Part shown: positions 27,269 to 35,870 of the stretch, one piece after another | Layout: each line of letters begins with the position of its first letter | Numbering within the stretch: the first letter of the stretch is position 1 | Source: Bacteroidaceae bacterium | GTDB taxonomy: Bacteria > Bacteroidota > Bacteroidia > Bacteroidales > Bacteroidaceae | NCBI GenBank assembly: GCA_045634305.1 | Contig: JAZQZZ010000039.1 | Span: forward strand, 3,818 to 67,817 | DNA: 64,000 bases | Direction of reading: 5' to 3' | The notes under the pieces: generated by a model | What the model saw: only the letters and a program-made list of their open reading frames with translations | Databases searched by the model: none | What the model was told of the DNA's origin: nothing | Translations under genes and position numbers: made by a program

Positions 27269-27543
27269 AATTGTATAAAGAATGTTATTGGATAAAGTTC
27301 GACAACAGCAAATGGTCACGCGAAGCTGCGACAAAGTTGCAGCCACGTGGGTTGCAAAAAGTTGCTGTTGTCAAAGCTCGACTGGAGCAAAGAAGATGCT
27401 GAGTAAAGCATAAAAGAGCCATAACATATGGACTAGGACGCATTTTTTGAAATGTGTCCTAGTTAATTTTTGTAATACCGCAAACCAACGATACTGTAGC
27501 TGTGTTATCACTCATATTTCGTAACCTTTAAAACAGGATAACT

Positions 27544-29001
27544 ATGTCTACATTAACAAAAACCGTAAAAATGGGTGTGGCGACATTGGCAATCATGAAC
27601 GTCACAGCTGTCGTGTCGCTGCGCGGATTGCCAGCCGAGGCCGAATATGGAATTAGTTCGGCATTCTATTATCTGTTTGCTGCACTTGTGTTCCTTATTC
27701 CAACATCGTTTGTGGCAGCCGAACTTGCAGCAATGTTCCAGGACAAGCAAGGTGGTGTGTTCCGCTGGGTGGGCGAAGCGTTCGGCAAACGTCTAGGCTT
27801 TGTCGCCATATGGCTGCAGTGGGTTGAGAGTACCATATGGTACCCCACAGTATTGACCTTCGGTGCCGTGTCGCTCGCGTTCATTGGAATGAACGACACT
27901 GCCGACATGTCACTGGCGTCGAACAAGTTCTACACCCTTGTGGTGGTGCTTGCCATCTACTGGATTGCAACATACATCTCACTCAAGGGACTCGGTTGGG
28001 TGAGCAAGGTGGCAAAGGTGGGCGGTCTAATAGGTACCATCATACCGGCTGCGTTGCTTGTGTTGCTTGCCATCATCTACCTGATTGGCGGCGGCAAGTC
28101 GCAGATGGACTTCGGAGGTGACTTTTTCCCGGACATCACAAAACTCGACAACCTTGTGCTCGCATCGGGAATATTCCTTTTCTATGCCGGAATGGAGATG
28201 ACCGGTATTCACGTGAAGGACATGGAGAACCCCAGCAAGAACTACCCGAAGGCGGTGTTCTTGGGTGCCATAATAACAGTGCTCATCTTTGTACTTGGCA
28301 CATTCTCACTTGGCATCATCATTCCACAGAAGGACATAAACCTCACACAGAGCCTGCTCGTTGGCTTTGACAACTACTTCAAGTTCATAAGGATGTCGTG
28401 GTTGTCGCCAATCATTGCCATAGCGCTTGCATTCGGTGTGCTTGCGGGAGTGCTCACGTGGGTATCCGGTCCATCAAAAGGTATTTATGCTGTGGGAAAA
28501 GCCGGTTACCTGCCGCCGTTCATGCAAAAGAGCAACAAGCTTGGCGTGCAGAAGAACATCCTGCTCATTCAGGGCGGCGTGGTAACACTCTTGAGCCTGC
28601 TGTTCGTAATCATGCCATCGGTGCAGAGTTTCTATCAGATTCTGTCACAGCTCACAGTGCTGCTCTATCTTATAATGTACCTTCTTATGTTTGCTGCAGC
28701 CATCTATCTGCGCTATAATATGAAGGATGCACCACGCCCATTCCGTCTGGGCAAGAGCGGAAACGGCCTCATGTGGCTTGTTGCGGGTGTGGGATTCCTT
28801 GGCAGTTTGCTTGCCTTTGTGCTCAGTTTCATTCCACCGGCACAGATTGCCGTGGGAAGCAACGCGGTGTGGTATGCAGTACTCATAATAGGCTGTATTG
28901 TGGTGACAGGTGCACCGTTCGTCATCTATGCAATGCGTAAACCACATTGGGTTGACAAGGATTCACAGTTCGAGCCTTTCCATTTTGAGAAACAGAAATA
29001 A
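27544..29001 (+). CDS. APC-superfamily amino-acid permease (YjeM/GadC-like)
   Basis: 485 aa with about 12 TM segments. The N-terminal block AIMNVTAVVSLRGLPAEAEYG is typical of glutamate/GABA-antiporter-like APC members. Confidence 0.7.
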   Translation: MSTLTKTVKMGVATLAIMNVTAVVSLRGLPAEAEYGISSAFYYLFAALVFLIPTSFVAAELAAMFQDKQGGVFRWVGEAFGKRLGFVAIWLQWVESTIWYPTVLTFGAVSLAFIGMNDTADMSLASNKFYTLVVVLAIYWIATYISLKGLGWVSKVAKVGGLIGTIIPAALLVLLAIIYLIGGGKSQMDFGGDFFPDITKLDNLVLASGIFLFYAGMEMTGIHVKDMENPSKNYPKAVFLGAIITVLIFVLGTFSLGIIIPQKDINLTQSLLVGFDNYFKFIRMSWLSPIIAIALAFGVLAGVLTWVSGPSKGIYAVGKAGYLPPFMQKSNKLGVQKNILLIQGGVVTLLSLLFVIMPSVQSFYQILSQLTVLLYLIMYLLMFAAAIYLRYNMKDAPRPFRLGKSGNGLMWLVAGVGFLGSLLAFVLSFIPPAQIAVGSNAVWYAVLIIGCIVVTGAPFVIYAMRKPHWVDKDSQFEPFHFEKQK

Positions 29002-29081
29002 GGAAATAATAAGCAGTAAAAACGAGGCGTTTGCCTCGTTTTTCTTTTTTTGCTATCTTCGCAATCAACAACCCAAATACT

Positions 29082-31232
29082 ATGAAAAAGATTCTTTCAA
29101 CAATATGCGCGGCACTGCTTTGCATGAGTGCCACTGCACAGACCGACTACGCCTCATTGGTAAACCCACTCATAGGTACCGACGGCAAGGGCAACGTATA
29201 TCCAGGAGCACAGGCTCCGTTCGGTATGGTGCAGCTGAGCCCCGACAATGGACAGCCCGGTTGGGACTGGATTGCGGGATACTTCTACCCCGACAGCACC
29301 ATTGCAGGATTCAGCCACACACACCTTAGCGGTACGGGAGCAGGCGACCTCTACGATATCAGTTTCTTGCCAGTGACATTGCCGGTGAGAAAGGCCGATG
29401 CACCACTTGGGGTACACTCAATGTTCAGCCACGAGCGCGAGCTGTGCGAGGCAGGATATTACCGCGTACATCTTGACAGCTACGGCATTGATGTGGAGCT
29501 GACAGCAACTGAGCGTTGCGGAGTGCAGCGTTACACTTTCCCGGGTGAAGAGGGCACTGTGCTGCTGAACCTTGGCAAGGCAACAAACTGGGATGCCACA
29601 CAGGCCACCCACATTGCCATTGTTGACAGTTGTACAATAGAGGGCTACCGTCACTCGAACGGATGGGCACGCGGACAGGAGGTATATTTCCGCACAAGGT
29701 TCTCAAAGCCCATAGCGACATTTGAATGTGATTCAATACAAGTCATACGCGACGGCAATATACGGATTATGCCCGGTGTGGCAAAAATGACCTTTGACCT
29801 TGACCGCGACAGGGAGCTGACAATTGTCACAGCACTATCAGGAACAGGACTCGATGGCGCAGCAAAGAACCTTGCCGCAGAGGCACAGCACAACGACTTT
29901 GACCTTTACCGCGCAAAGACACAAGAACATTGGAACAATCGGCTGTCGTGCATAGAGGTAAAGGGCGGTACACGCGATGAGCAGGTATGCTTCTACACAG
30001 CCCTTTACCGTACCATGATTGCACCCACACTGTATTGCGATGTCGACGGCAAGTACCGTGGAGCCGACAAGCAGAACCACACTGCCGACGGATGGAAGAA
30101 TTTCTCGACGTTCTCACTGTGGGACACATTCCGCGCCGCGCACCCGCTTTTCACCCTCACCGCACCCGAGCTGGTAGATGACATGGTAAACTCATTCATT
30201 GCACACTATGAGCAGCATGGCCGTCTGCCGGTGTGGAACATGTGGGGAAGCGAGACCGACATGATGATTGGCTACCACTCCGTACCGGTGATTGCCGACG
30301 CCTACCTCAAGGGATTCCGTGGTTTCGATGCCGAGAAGGCACTTGCAGCCTGTGTTGCCACAGCAAACAGCGACGAATACCGCGGTATCGGGTTCTACAG
30401 AAATAACGGTTACGTGCCATATGATGTTGTAGACCCCTACAATGCCGACAACTGGGCAATGTCGCGCACCCTGGAATATGCCTATGACGACTACTGCATA
30501 GCGCGTATGGCACAGGCCATGGGAAACGACAGCATAGCAGCCGTATTCTACAAACGCGCGGAGAACTGGCGCAACCAGTATAACCCCGCCACAACATTCA
30601 TGCAACCACGCGACAGCAAGGGTGAGTTCCAGCCACAGTTCAGCCCCGACGAATATACCCAACATATTTGCGAGAGCAATGCATGGCACTATATGTGGAG
30701 CGTACAGCACGACATTGACGGACTTATAGAGTTGATGGGCAAGAAGCGCTTTGAGCAGAAGCTTGACAGCATGTTCACCTACTCGCCAAGCGAGAATGAC
30801 GAGCTGCCAATCTTCAGCACCGGAATGATTGGGCAGTATGCCCACGGCAACGAGCCGAGCCATCACGTGGCATACCTGTTCAACCATATTGGAAAGCCGG
30901 AGAAGACAAGGCAATATGTGCAACAGATTATGCGTGAGATGTACCGCAACAGCCCCGACGGCGTTTGTGGCAACGAGGACTGCGGACAGATGTCGGCATG
31001 GTATGTGATGAGTGCTATGGGTTTCTACCCTGTCAACCCATGCGGCGGAGAATATGAGCTTGGCATGCCGCTATTCCCCGAGGTGAAACTGCACCTTGCG
31101 GATGGGAATACGTTTACCGTAAAAGCCAACAATGGAAATAGAAACATTAAACCCAGCCTCGACGGCAAGCGCGTTAAAGGCACCACAATTTCACACAAGG
31201 ATATAATTGAAGGCGGAGTGCTGGAATTTTAG
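29082..31232 (+). CDS. GH92 alpha-mannosidase
   Basis: Start chosen at 29082 (MKKILSTICAALLCMSATAQ). Blocks NVYPGAQAPFGMVQLSPD, GFSHTHLSGTG, GNEPSHHVAYLF and GNEDCGQMSAWYV. Confidence 0.85.
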   Translation: MKKILSTICAALLCMSATAQTDYASLVNPLIGTDGKGNVYPGAQAPFGMVQLSPDNGQPGWDWIAGYFYPDSTIAGFSHTHLSGTGAGDLYDISFLPVTLPVRKADAPLGVHSMFSHERELCEAGYYRVHLDSYGIDVELTATERCGVQRYTFPGEEGTVLLNLGKATNWDATQATHIAIVDSCTIEGYRHSNGWARGQEVYFRTRFSKPIATFECDSIQVIRDGNIRIMPGVAKMTFDLDRDRELTIVTALSGTGLDGAAKNLAAEAQHNDFDLYRAKTQEHWNNRLSCIEVKGGTRDEQVCFYTALYRTMIAPTLYCDVDGKYRGADKQNHTADGWKNFSTFSLWDTFRAAHPLFTLTAPELVDDMVNSFIAHYEQHGRLPVWNMWGSETDMMIGYHSVPVIADAYLKGFRGFDAEKALAACVATANSDEYRGIGFYRNNGYVPYDVVDPYNADNWAMSRTLEYAYDDYCIARMAQAMGNDSIAAVFYKRAENWRNQYNPATTFMQPRDSKGEFQPQFSPDEYTQHICESNAWHYMWSVQHDIDGLIELMGKKRFEQKLDSMFTYSPSENDELPIFSTGMIGQYAHGNEPSHHVAYLFNHIGKPEKTRQYVQQIMREMYRNSPDGVCGNEDCGQMSAWYVMSAMGFYPVNPCGGEYELGMPLFPEVKLHLADGNTFTVKANNGNRNIKPSLDGKRVKGTTISHKDIIEGGVLEF

Positions 31233-31251
31233 GATTACAGGGTGTAAAAAA

Positions 31252-31277
31252 GGGTAGACGCACCGGTCTACCCCTAC
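31252..31277 (-). repeat. REP-like 26-nt palindromic element between convergent genes
   Basis: gggtagacgcaccggtctacccctac, the same family as 11707/11888/12689/12753. Confidence 0.6.
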
Positions 31278-31293
31278 AAGTCTAAATCCTAAA

Positions 31294-32262
31294 TCAAAAA
31301 GCGGACACGGCACGCACATTGTCGTCGCTGAACTTATTGCAGTCGATGGTGCCGCCATACTTCATACCGACATTCCACGCACAAAACTCTTTATTAGATT
31401 CCGTAGAAGACCATAAGAAACGTCCTAATGTTACAGCCTTAATTTTACTCAAGCTTTCATTTATTATATCACGCTTTTCGCATATGGACAGAAGCTCTTC
31501 TTTTGCCGGTAAATACCAACCTTCGCCTTTAGTAGCACACCAAGCAAAAGCAGGATAATTTGTTTCCCAATTGGATTGTTTTTTTATCTTGTTAAAGTTA
31601 CTCATTCCATCGTCATGGGATGTTGCATCAGTTTTTCTTTTATAAACATCCACTACTGCCCATGACAAGCCTTTACTCTCATCAAGGCTTACAATCTTTC
31701 CATGCTTGCCATCGGCAGTAACATCAAAGACTATGCCCTGTTTGCCGTTTTCATCATACAAGTCACCTATTTTATAGGTTTTCGAAGCAGTGTGAACATC
31801 AACCTTCTTGGTTGTCTTTCTTTCGTTATTCAGCAATGCTTCACCGATAAAAGATTCAGAACCATACCAATCCCCGATATTACGGAGCAGTTTGTCGTAC
31901 TGCATCGGGACTTTTATATCAATATAATCGACCGACCCGAAGAAGAAGAGGAACCAACCACGCAGTTTACCGCCATCAACAACCACCGGAACAATTTTCT
32001 TGCCAGTATTACGCGCATAGTCTATTTCTCTTCTTGCGAACTCCGATGCCATGGAATTGTCCGACAAGATAAACAGTACTGTATCTACTCTATCAATGGC
32101 ATTTATAATGACGTCGACAAACTGGTCGCCACTTTCAATACCATTCCAATCCACCCAGCAACGGGCATTCGTCTTTTCGTGGATATCATCGACCAAGCAC
32201 TTTACAACATCCATGTCGGCACGGCTGTAACTTACAAAAATGTCGTATTTTTCATTTCTCAT
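31294..32262 (-). CDS. TIR-domain protein fused to a DUF1566 (Lcl C-terminal-like) domain
   Basis: 322 aa. The N-terminus YDIFVSYSRADMDVV...ILSDNSMASEFARREIDYA is a classic bacterial TIR. The C-terminus GWYLPAKEELLSI...LWSSTES...AWNV...VRAVSAF matches DUF1566. Visibly AT-rich single-gene insertion. Confidence 0.75.
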   Translation of the reverse strand: MRNEKYDIFVSYSRADMDVVKCLVDDIHEKTNARCWVDWNGIESGDQFVDVIINAIDRVDTVLFILSDNSMASEFARREIDYARNTGKKIVPVVVDGGKLRGWFLFFFGSVDYIDIKVPMQYDKLLRNIGDWYGSESFIGEALLNNERKTTKKVDVHTASKTYKIGDLYDENGKQGIVFDVTADGKHGKIVSLDESKGLSWAVVDVYKRKTDATSHDDGMSNFNKIKKQSNWETNYPAFAWCATKGEGWYLPAKEELLSICEKRDIINESLSKIKAVTLGRFLWSSTESNKEFCAWNVGMKYGGTIDCNKFSDDNVRAVSAF

Positions 32263-32346
32263 GGTTCAATGTTTGATGATGTAGTAATTCGCTTATTCGC
32301 AACTTTAACCTTTTAGATTTCCGCTTTAACCTTTCCGTTTTCACTT

Positions 32347-34362
32347 TTAATGTGTCTCACCACCCTCTACCTTGTAGCCACTTGGATATATGAGCATGAT
32401 ACTTGTGTCTTGATAATCGCGTTGCAACTGCACGAAGATGTGGTCGAGTGATGGGCGGAAGGAGATTGAACCCTTGCGTGCGCTTACAATGATGAGCAGA
32501 TGGTCTTTATGTATCACCTGTGCAAGGCGTTTGAGGTCGTTGCCGCCGTCGGTTTCAAAGTATGAGGCATCTACAGGCGCATGTTTCTTGAGTTCAACTT
32601 TAATCTTATCCATTGTATCGGGGTGCCCGTGATACATAATCCTGCAACCAAGGCCGCTTGCCATGCGCGCGGTCTCCTCGACCCAATAGGGGAAACCGGC
32701 CTCGAACTCGGCCTTTGCGGGGAAGGTTATGTGAATCATGCGCACGGTGTTCAATGGAATGTTCATGCGTGCCATGAGAACCTGACAATCGAGTGAGTTA
32801 AGCACCTCGGGCAACACATTACCCAAGAAACTGTCGTTGGCAGTCTCCTTCTTGTGGAAACCGAGAATAAGTTCGCGATAGTCGTTCTCCTTGACCTCGT
32901 GCACAATACCATGCGCAAGGTTGGTTGTGAGACGCATTTTGGTGAGCAGCGGCACATTTACCGACGCAGCTATGTTGGCAGCCTGGTCGAGAACCTTGCT
33001 GCCATCGTGCCGACGTTGTTTGTCCTCGTCGAGCACAACATTGATGGCCGAGAGTGGAATCTGGCTGTTCTCCTTGCGCACAAGCAGCGCCAAGTCCATA
33101 AGACGGTCGACCATGCCCGGATTGGCAAGCGCCAGAAGAGTCTTTTTAGAAGATACCCCGGCGGGTGCATTGAGTGCCTTGCCCGAAAGAATGAGCTTGC
33201 GTGATGCCCTGTCGGCAACAATTGAACTGACAACGCAGGTCACCAGAATAAGCAGGATGGTTCCGTTGAGCACATCGTCGTTCAACAGCCCTATCTTGTT
33301 ACCCACAATGGCTGCAGCCAACGTTGCGGCGGCCTGCGAGGTACTCAAGCCGAACATGAGATTACGTTCACCCGACGACATGCGGTATACCTTTGACACC
33401 AGGAACGATGCTATCCATTTGCCCACCAGTGCTGTAGAAACCATTACACCGGCCACAACAAGCGAGTTACCTCCCTTGAAGAGCACGCTTACGTCAATCA
33501 TCATTCCCACACCAATGAGGAAGAACGGTATGAAGATTGCATTGCCCACAAAGTCTATGCGTCGCATGAGCGGAGATGAGTGAGGTATGAGCCTGTTGAG
33601 CACCAATCCGGTGATGAAGGCTCCAAGAATGCCTTCCATGCCTGCAAGTTTCATCAATCCCGCGCCAAGGAACAGCAGCATCATTACAAAGATGTACTGT
33701 ATGACACTGTCGTTGTAGTTGCGGAAGAAGTAACGTGCAATGCGTGGGAAAAAGAAAATTATTATTGCACCGACTGCTATCAATTTCACGAACATCAGCA
33801 GCACAAACCACACATTGGCTTCGCCACGGGATATTCCCACAATTATAGCCAGCACAAAAAGTGTGAGTGTGTCGGTAATCACCGTTCCGCCCACCACAAA
33901 ATTGACACAGCGCAGGCGTGAGAGACCATAACGCGCCACAATGGGGTACGATATGAGAGTATAGGACGCATACATACTCGCCAGCAGCAACGATGTCATG
34001 AAATTGTCGTACTTGAGTATGAAGGTGTTTGCCAGCAGACCGAGTGCGATGGGTATTGCAAAGACAGCAAGTCCCATGAGCAATGCACCACCCTTTGCCT
34101 GCTTCATCTCCTGCATGTTTATTTCGAGGCTGGCAAGGAACATTATGTAAAAGAGTCCCACCTCGCCAAAGAGTTCAAAGCTGTCGTCACGGTCAAGGAT
34201 ATTCAATCCGTTAGGGCCTATGAGCAATCCGGCCAATATCATTCCAATGATGTGCGGCAGGCGCAGCCTGTTGAACAGCAACGGTGCAAAAAGCACAATA
34301 GACAGCACTCCAAGATATATCCAGGTGGGTTCGGTAACTGGGAACAACGTACTGAAATTCAT
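32347..34362 (-). CDS. CPA2-type cation:proton antiporter with C-terminal soluble regulatory domain
   Basis: 671 aa. The N-terminal roughly 400 aa are polytopic (PHIIGMILAGLLIGPNGLN, Na+/H+ exchanger-like). The C-terminal roughly 270 aa are soluble. Confidence 0.75.
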   Translation of the reverse strand: MNFSTLFPVTEPTWIYLGVLSIVLFAPLLFNRLRLPHIIGMILAGLLIGPNGLNILDRDDSFELFGEVGLFYIMFLASLEINMQEMKQAKGGALLMGLAVFAIPIALGLLANTFILKYDNFMTSLLLASMYASYTLISYPIVARYGLSRLRCVNFVVGGTVITDTLTLFVLAIIVGISRGEANVWFVLLMFVKLIAVGAIIIFFFPRIARYFFRNYNDSVIQYIFVMMLLFLGAGLMKLAGMEGILGAFITGLVLNRLIPHSSPLMRRIDFVGNAIFIPFFLIGVGMMIDVSVLFKGGNSLVVAGVMVSTALVGKWIASFLVSKVYRMSSGERNLMFGLSTSQAAATLAAAIVGNKIGLLNDDVLNGTILLILVTCVVSSIVADRASRKLILSGKALNAPAGVSSKKTLLALANPGMVDRLMDLALLVRKENSQIPLSAINVVLDEDKQRRHDGSKVLDQAANIAASVNVPLLTKMRLTTNLAHGIVHEVKENDYRELILGFHKKETANDSFLGNVLPEVLNSLDCQVLMARMNIPLNTVRMIHITFPAKAEFEAGFPYWVEETARMASGLGCRIMYHGHPDTMDKIKVELKKHAPVDASYFETDGGNDLKRLAQVIHKDHLLIIVSARKGSISFRPSLDHIFVQLQRDYQDTSIMLIYPSGYKVEGGETH

Positions 34363-34404
34363 GATGGTATACTGTCTATTGTGAATATTTTTCTAAATCG
34401 GTTC

Positions 34405-35691
34405 TTACCAAGCGTAGGCAACGCCAAGTGTGAAGAGTTCCTTCAACTGCCAGAACTTCCACTCATCGTGCATGGTCACACTGTCGTCGAAGCGTGCGTT
34501 GAGCATCAATGAAGCGGTGAAGTACTTGCTGAGGGCCACATTGAACTTGGTCTCCCACTGGAAGAATGCACGGTGGTAGTTGGTGTAGTACTCAAGACGT
34601 GAATATACATCGAGGAACGATGTAAGCTGGTAAGTAGGGATTGTAACCACAAGCTGGGTACCATAGTCGTGTCTTGCACGGCCACGGCCGATGTCAAAGC
34701 CATTATCCTCGTTCACGCCAAGCGAACCGGCCAAGCGCTCATAGTGCACATAGCGGAAGTTATATGCCGAAAGCGGAGCAAGGAAGACCTCGAGCTTGAA
34801 GTTTCCGAGATTCGGTTTGAAGTTGAAACCGATTGAGGCATTCGCGTCGAGCGGAGCAAGGCAGTTAGAGATGAAATCGGCTGTATTCACAGGGTAGTTG
34901 GGCAACATCTGTGACTCAACCTTCAGCTTTGCAGCAAGGTCAAGGTTCTTCACGATCTTGTAACCGAATGTCGACTCAAGGCGCAACTTGTCGGTGTTTG
35001 ACCTGAAGGTGTGAAGCGTATCGGCCTGTGAGGTTGCAAAACCAAGGTCAAGGTCAAAGTGGTTTGTCCATGTGATGCGGTCCTTGTCGTCATAGTTCAT
35101 GTCGAGGTCAATTGTCGCAAGCATTGCGTAGTTGCTTTCACCACCCTGATACCAGTTCTCAGAGATGAAGTTCTGTGTAAAGGTCAACGATGTACGGCCC
35201 GAGAATTTCCAGTTGCTTGGTTTCTTAACGGTGGTCTTCATGCCGCCGGCCACGTCGTCGGGTATTTCAAGCTTTGCAAACTTGAGGTCGGGAGCAGCCG
35301 CCTTTGAGACGTTGGCCGGAACAAACTTCTCGCTGCGGAGTTCGGCCTCGGTCATCTGCACCTTCTCGGGAGCAGTGCGGTAAAGTCCCATCATAACGTT
35401 TTCAACAACTGCCTCGCGCTCGGCATCCATAGCCTTTACATCGCTCTCCGCAACGTCGTCATTGCCGGCAAATGCGCCATTCACAACCGACTCATACAGC
35501 ACCGGTGTGGCGAACAGTTTGGCATATACGGGGTTTGCATCTTCGGTATCCTCGCCGTCGACAACAGTTGAGGCAGCAACAGCCTCATCAATCTTGCTGT
35601 TGAAATAATCATACACTTCTGAATTGTTCTGCGCAGTCGCCACAGACAACGCGAACAAAGAGAACAAAGAAATAGTCAATTTTGTTTTCAT
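34405..35691 (-). CDS. Outer-membrane beta-barrel protein (DUF3078-like)
   Basis: 428 aa with a signal peptide. The C-terminal half has alternating beta patterns and an aromatic terminus ..GVAYAW. Confidence 0.5.
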   Translation of the reverse strand: MKTKLTISLFSLFALSVATAQNNSEVYDYFNSKIDEAVAASTVVDGEDTEDANPVYAKLFATPVLYESVVNGAFAGNDDVAESDVKAMDAEREAVVENVMMGLYRTAPEKVQMTEAELRSEKFVPANVSKAAAPDLKFAKLEIPDDVAGGMKTTVKKPSNWKFSGRTSLTFTQNFISENWYQGGESNYAMLATIDLDMNYDDKDRITWTNHFDLDLGFATSQADTLHTFRSNTDKLRLESTFGYKIVKNLDLAAKLKVESQMLPNYPVNTADFISNCLAPLDANASIGFNFKPNLGNFKLEVFLAPLSAYNFRYVHYERLAGSLGVNEDNGFDIGRGRARHDYGTQLVVTIPTYQLTSFLDVYSRLEYYTNYHRAFFQWETKFNVALSKYFTASLMLNARFDDSVTMHDEWKFWQLKELFTLGVAYAW

Positions 35692-35811
35692 AGCTTTATG
35701 TTTGATGTGCGAAGATAATACTTTTTAACAATAAATGCGCGTAACGGACATAATAAATACAAAGTTTGCATTTTAACCGCCTCACAAACGATGAATATTG
35801 TTATTTTTTCC

Positions 35812-35819
35812 TATCTTTG
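35812..35819 (+). promoter_or_regulatory. Bacteroidetes -7 box (TATCTTTG) upstream of yidC
   Basis: TAnnTTTG match 52 nt upstream of the ATG at 35871. Confidence 0.4.
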
Positions 35820-35870
35820 CAAGTCTATTGCGAAAACAGATTGAATTATAAACTACTTACAAAATAAAAA

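Larger units (their letters stand above)
23262..27464 (+). mobile_element. AT-rich accessory islet bounded by a 93-bp imperfect direct repeat of the nifJ 3' end plus terminator
   Basis: 23262..23354 and 27372..27464 align with 8 mismatches in 93. The right copy still encodes ..KLDWSKEDAE-stop. No integrase is present inside. Confidence 0.55.

Noticed and set aside
23262-27464. Calling the islet an active integrative element or prophage remnant.
   Set aside because: No integrase, excisionase, transposase or phage structural gene can be seen. Only the att-like repeat supports mobility, so it is reported as a decayed or recombination-delivered islet.
31294-32262. Thoeris system call for the TIR gene.
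   Set aside because: No ThsA-type (SIR2/Macro/SLOG-TM) gene lies adjacent. The neighbours are GH92 and a CPA2 antiporter in convergent or tandem housekeeping arrangement.
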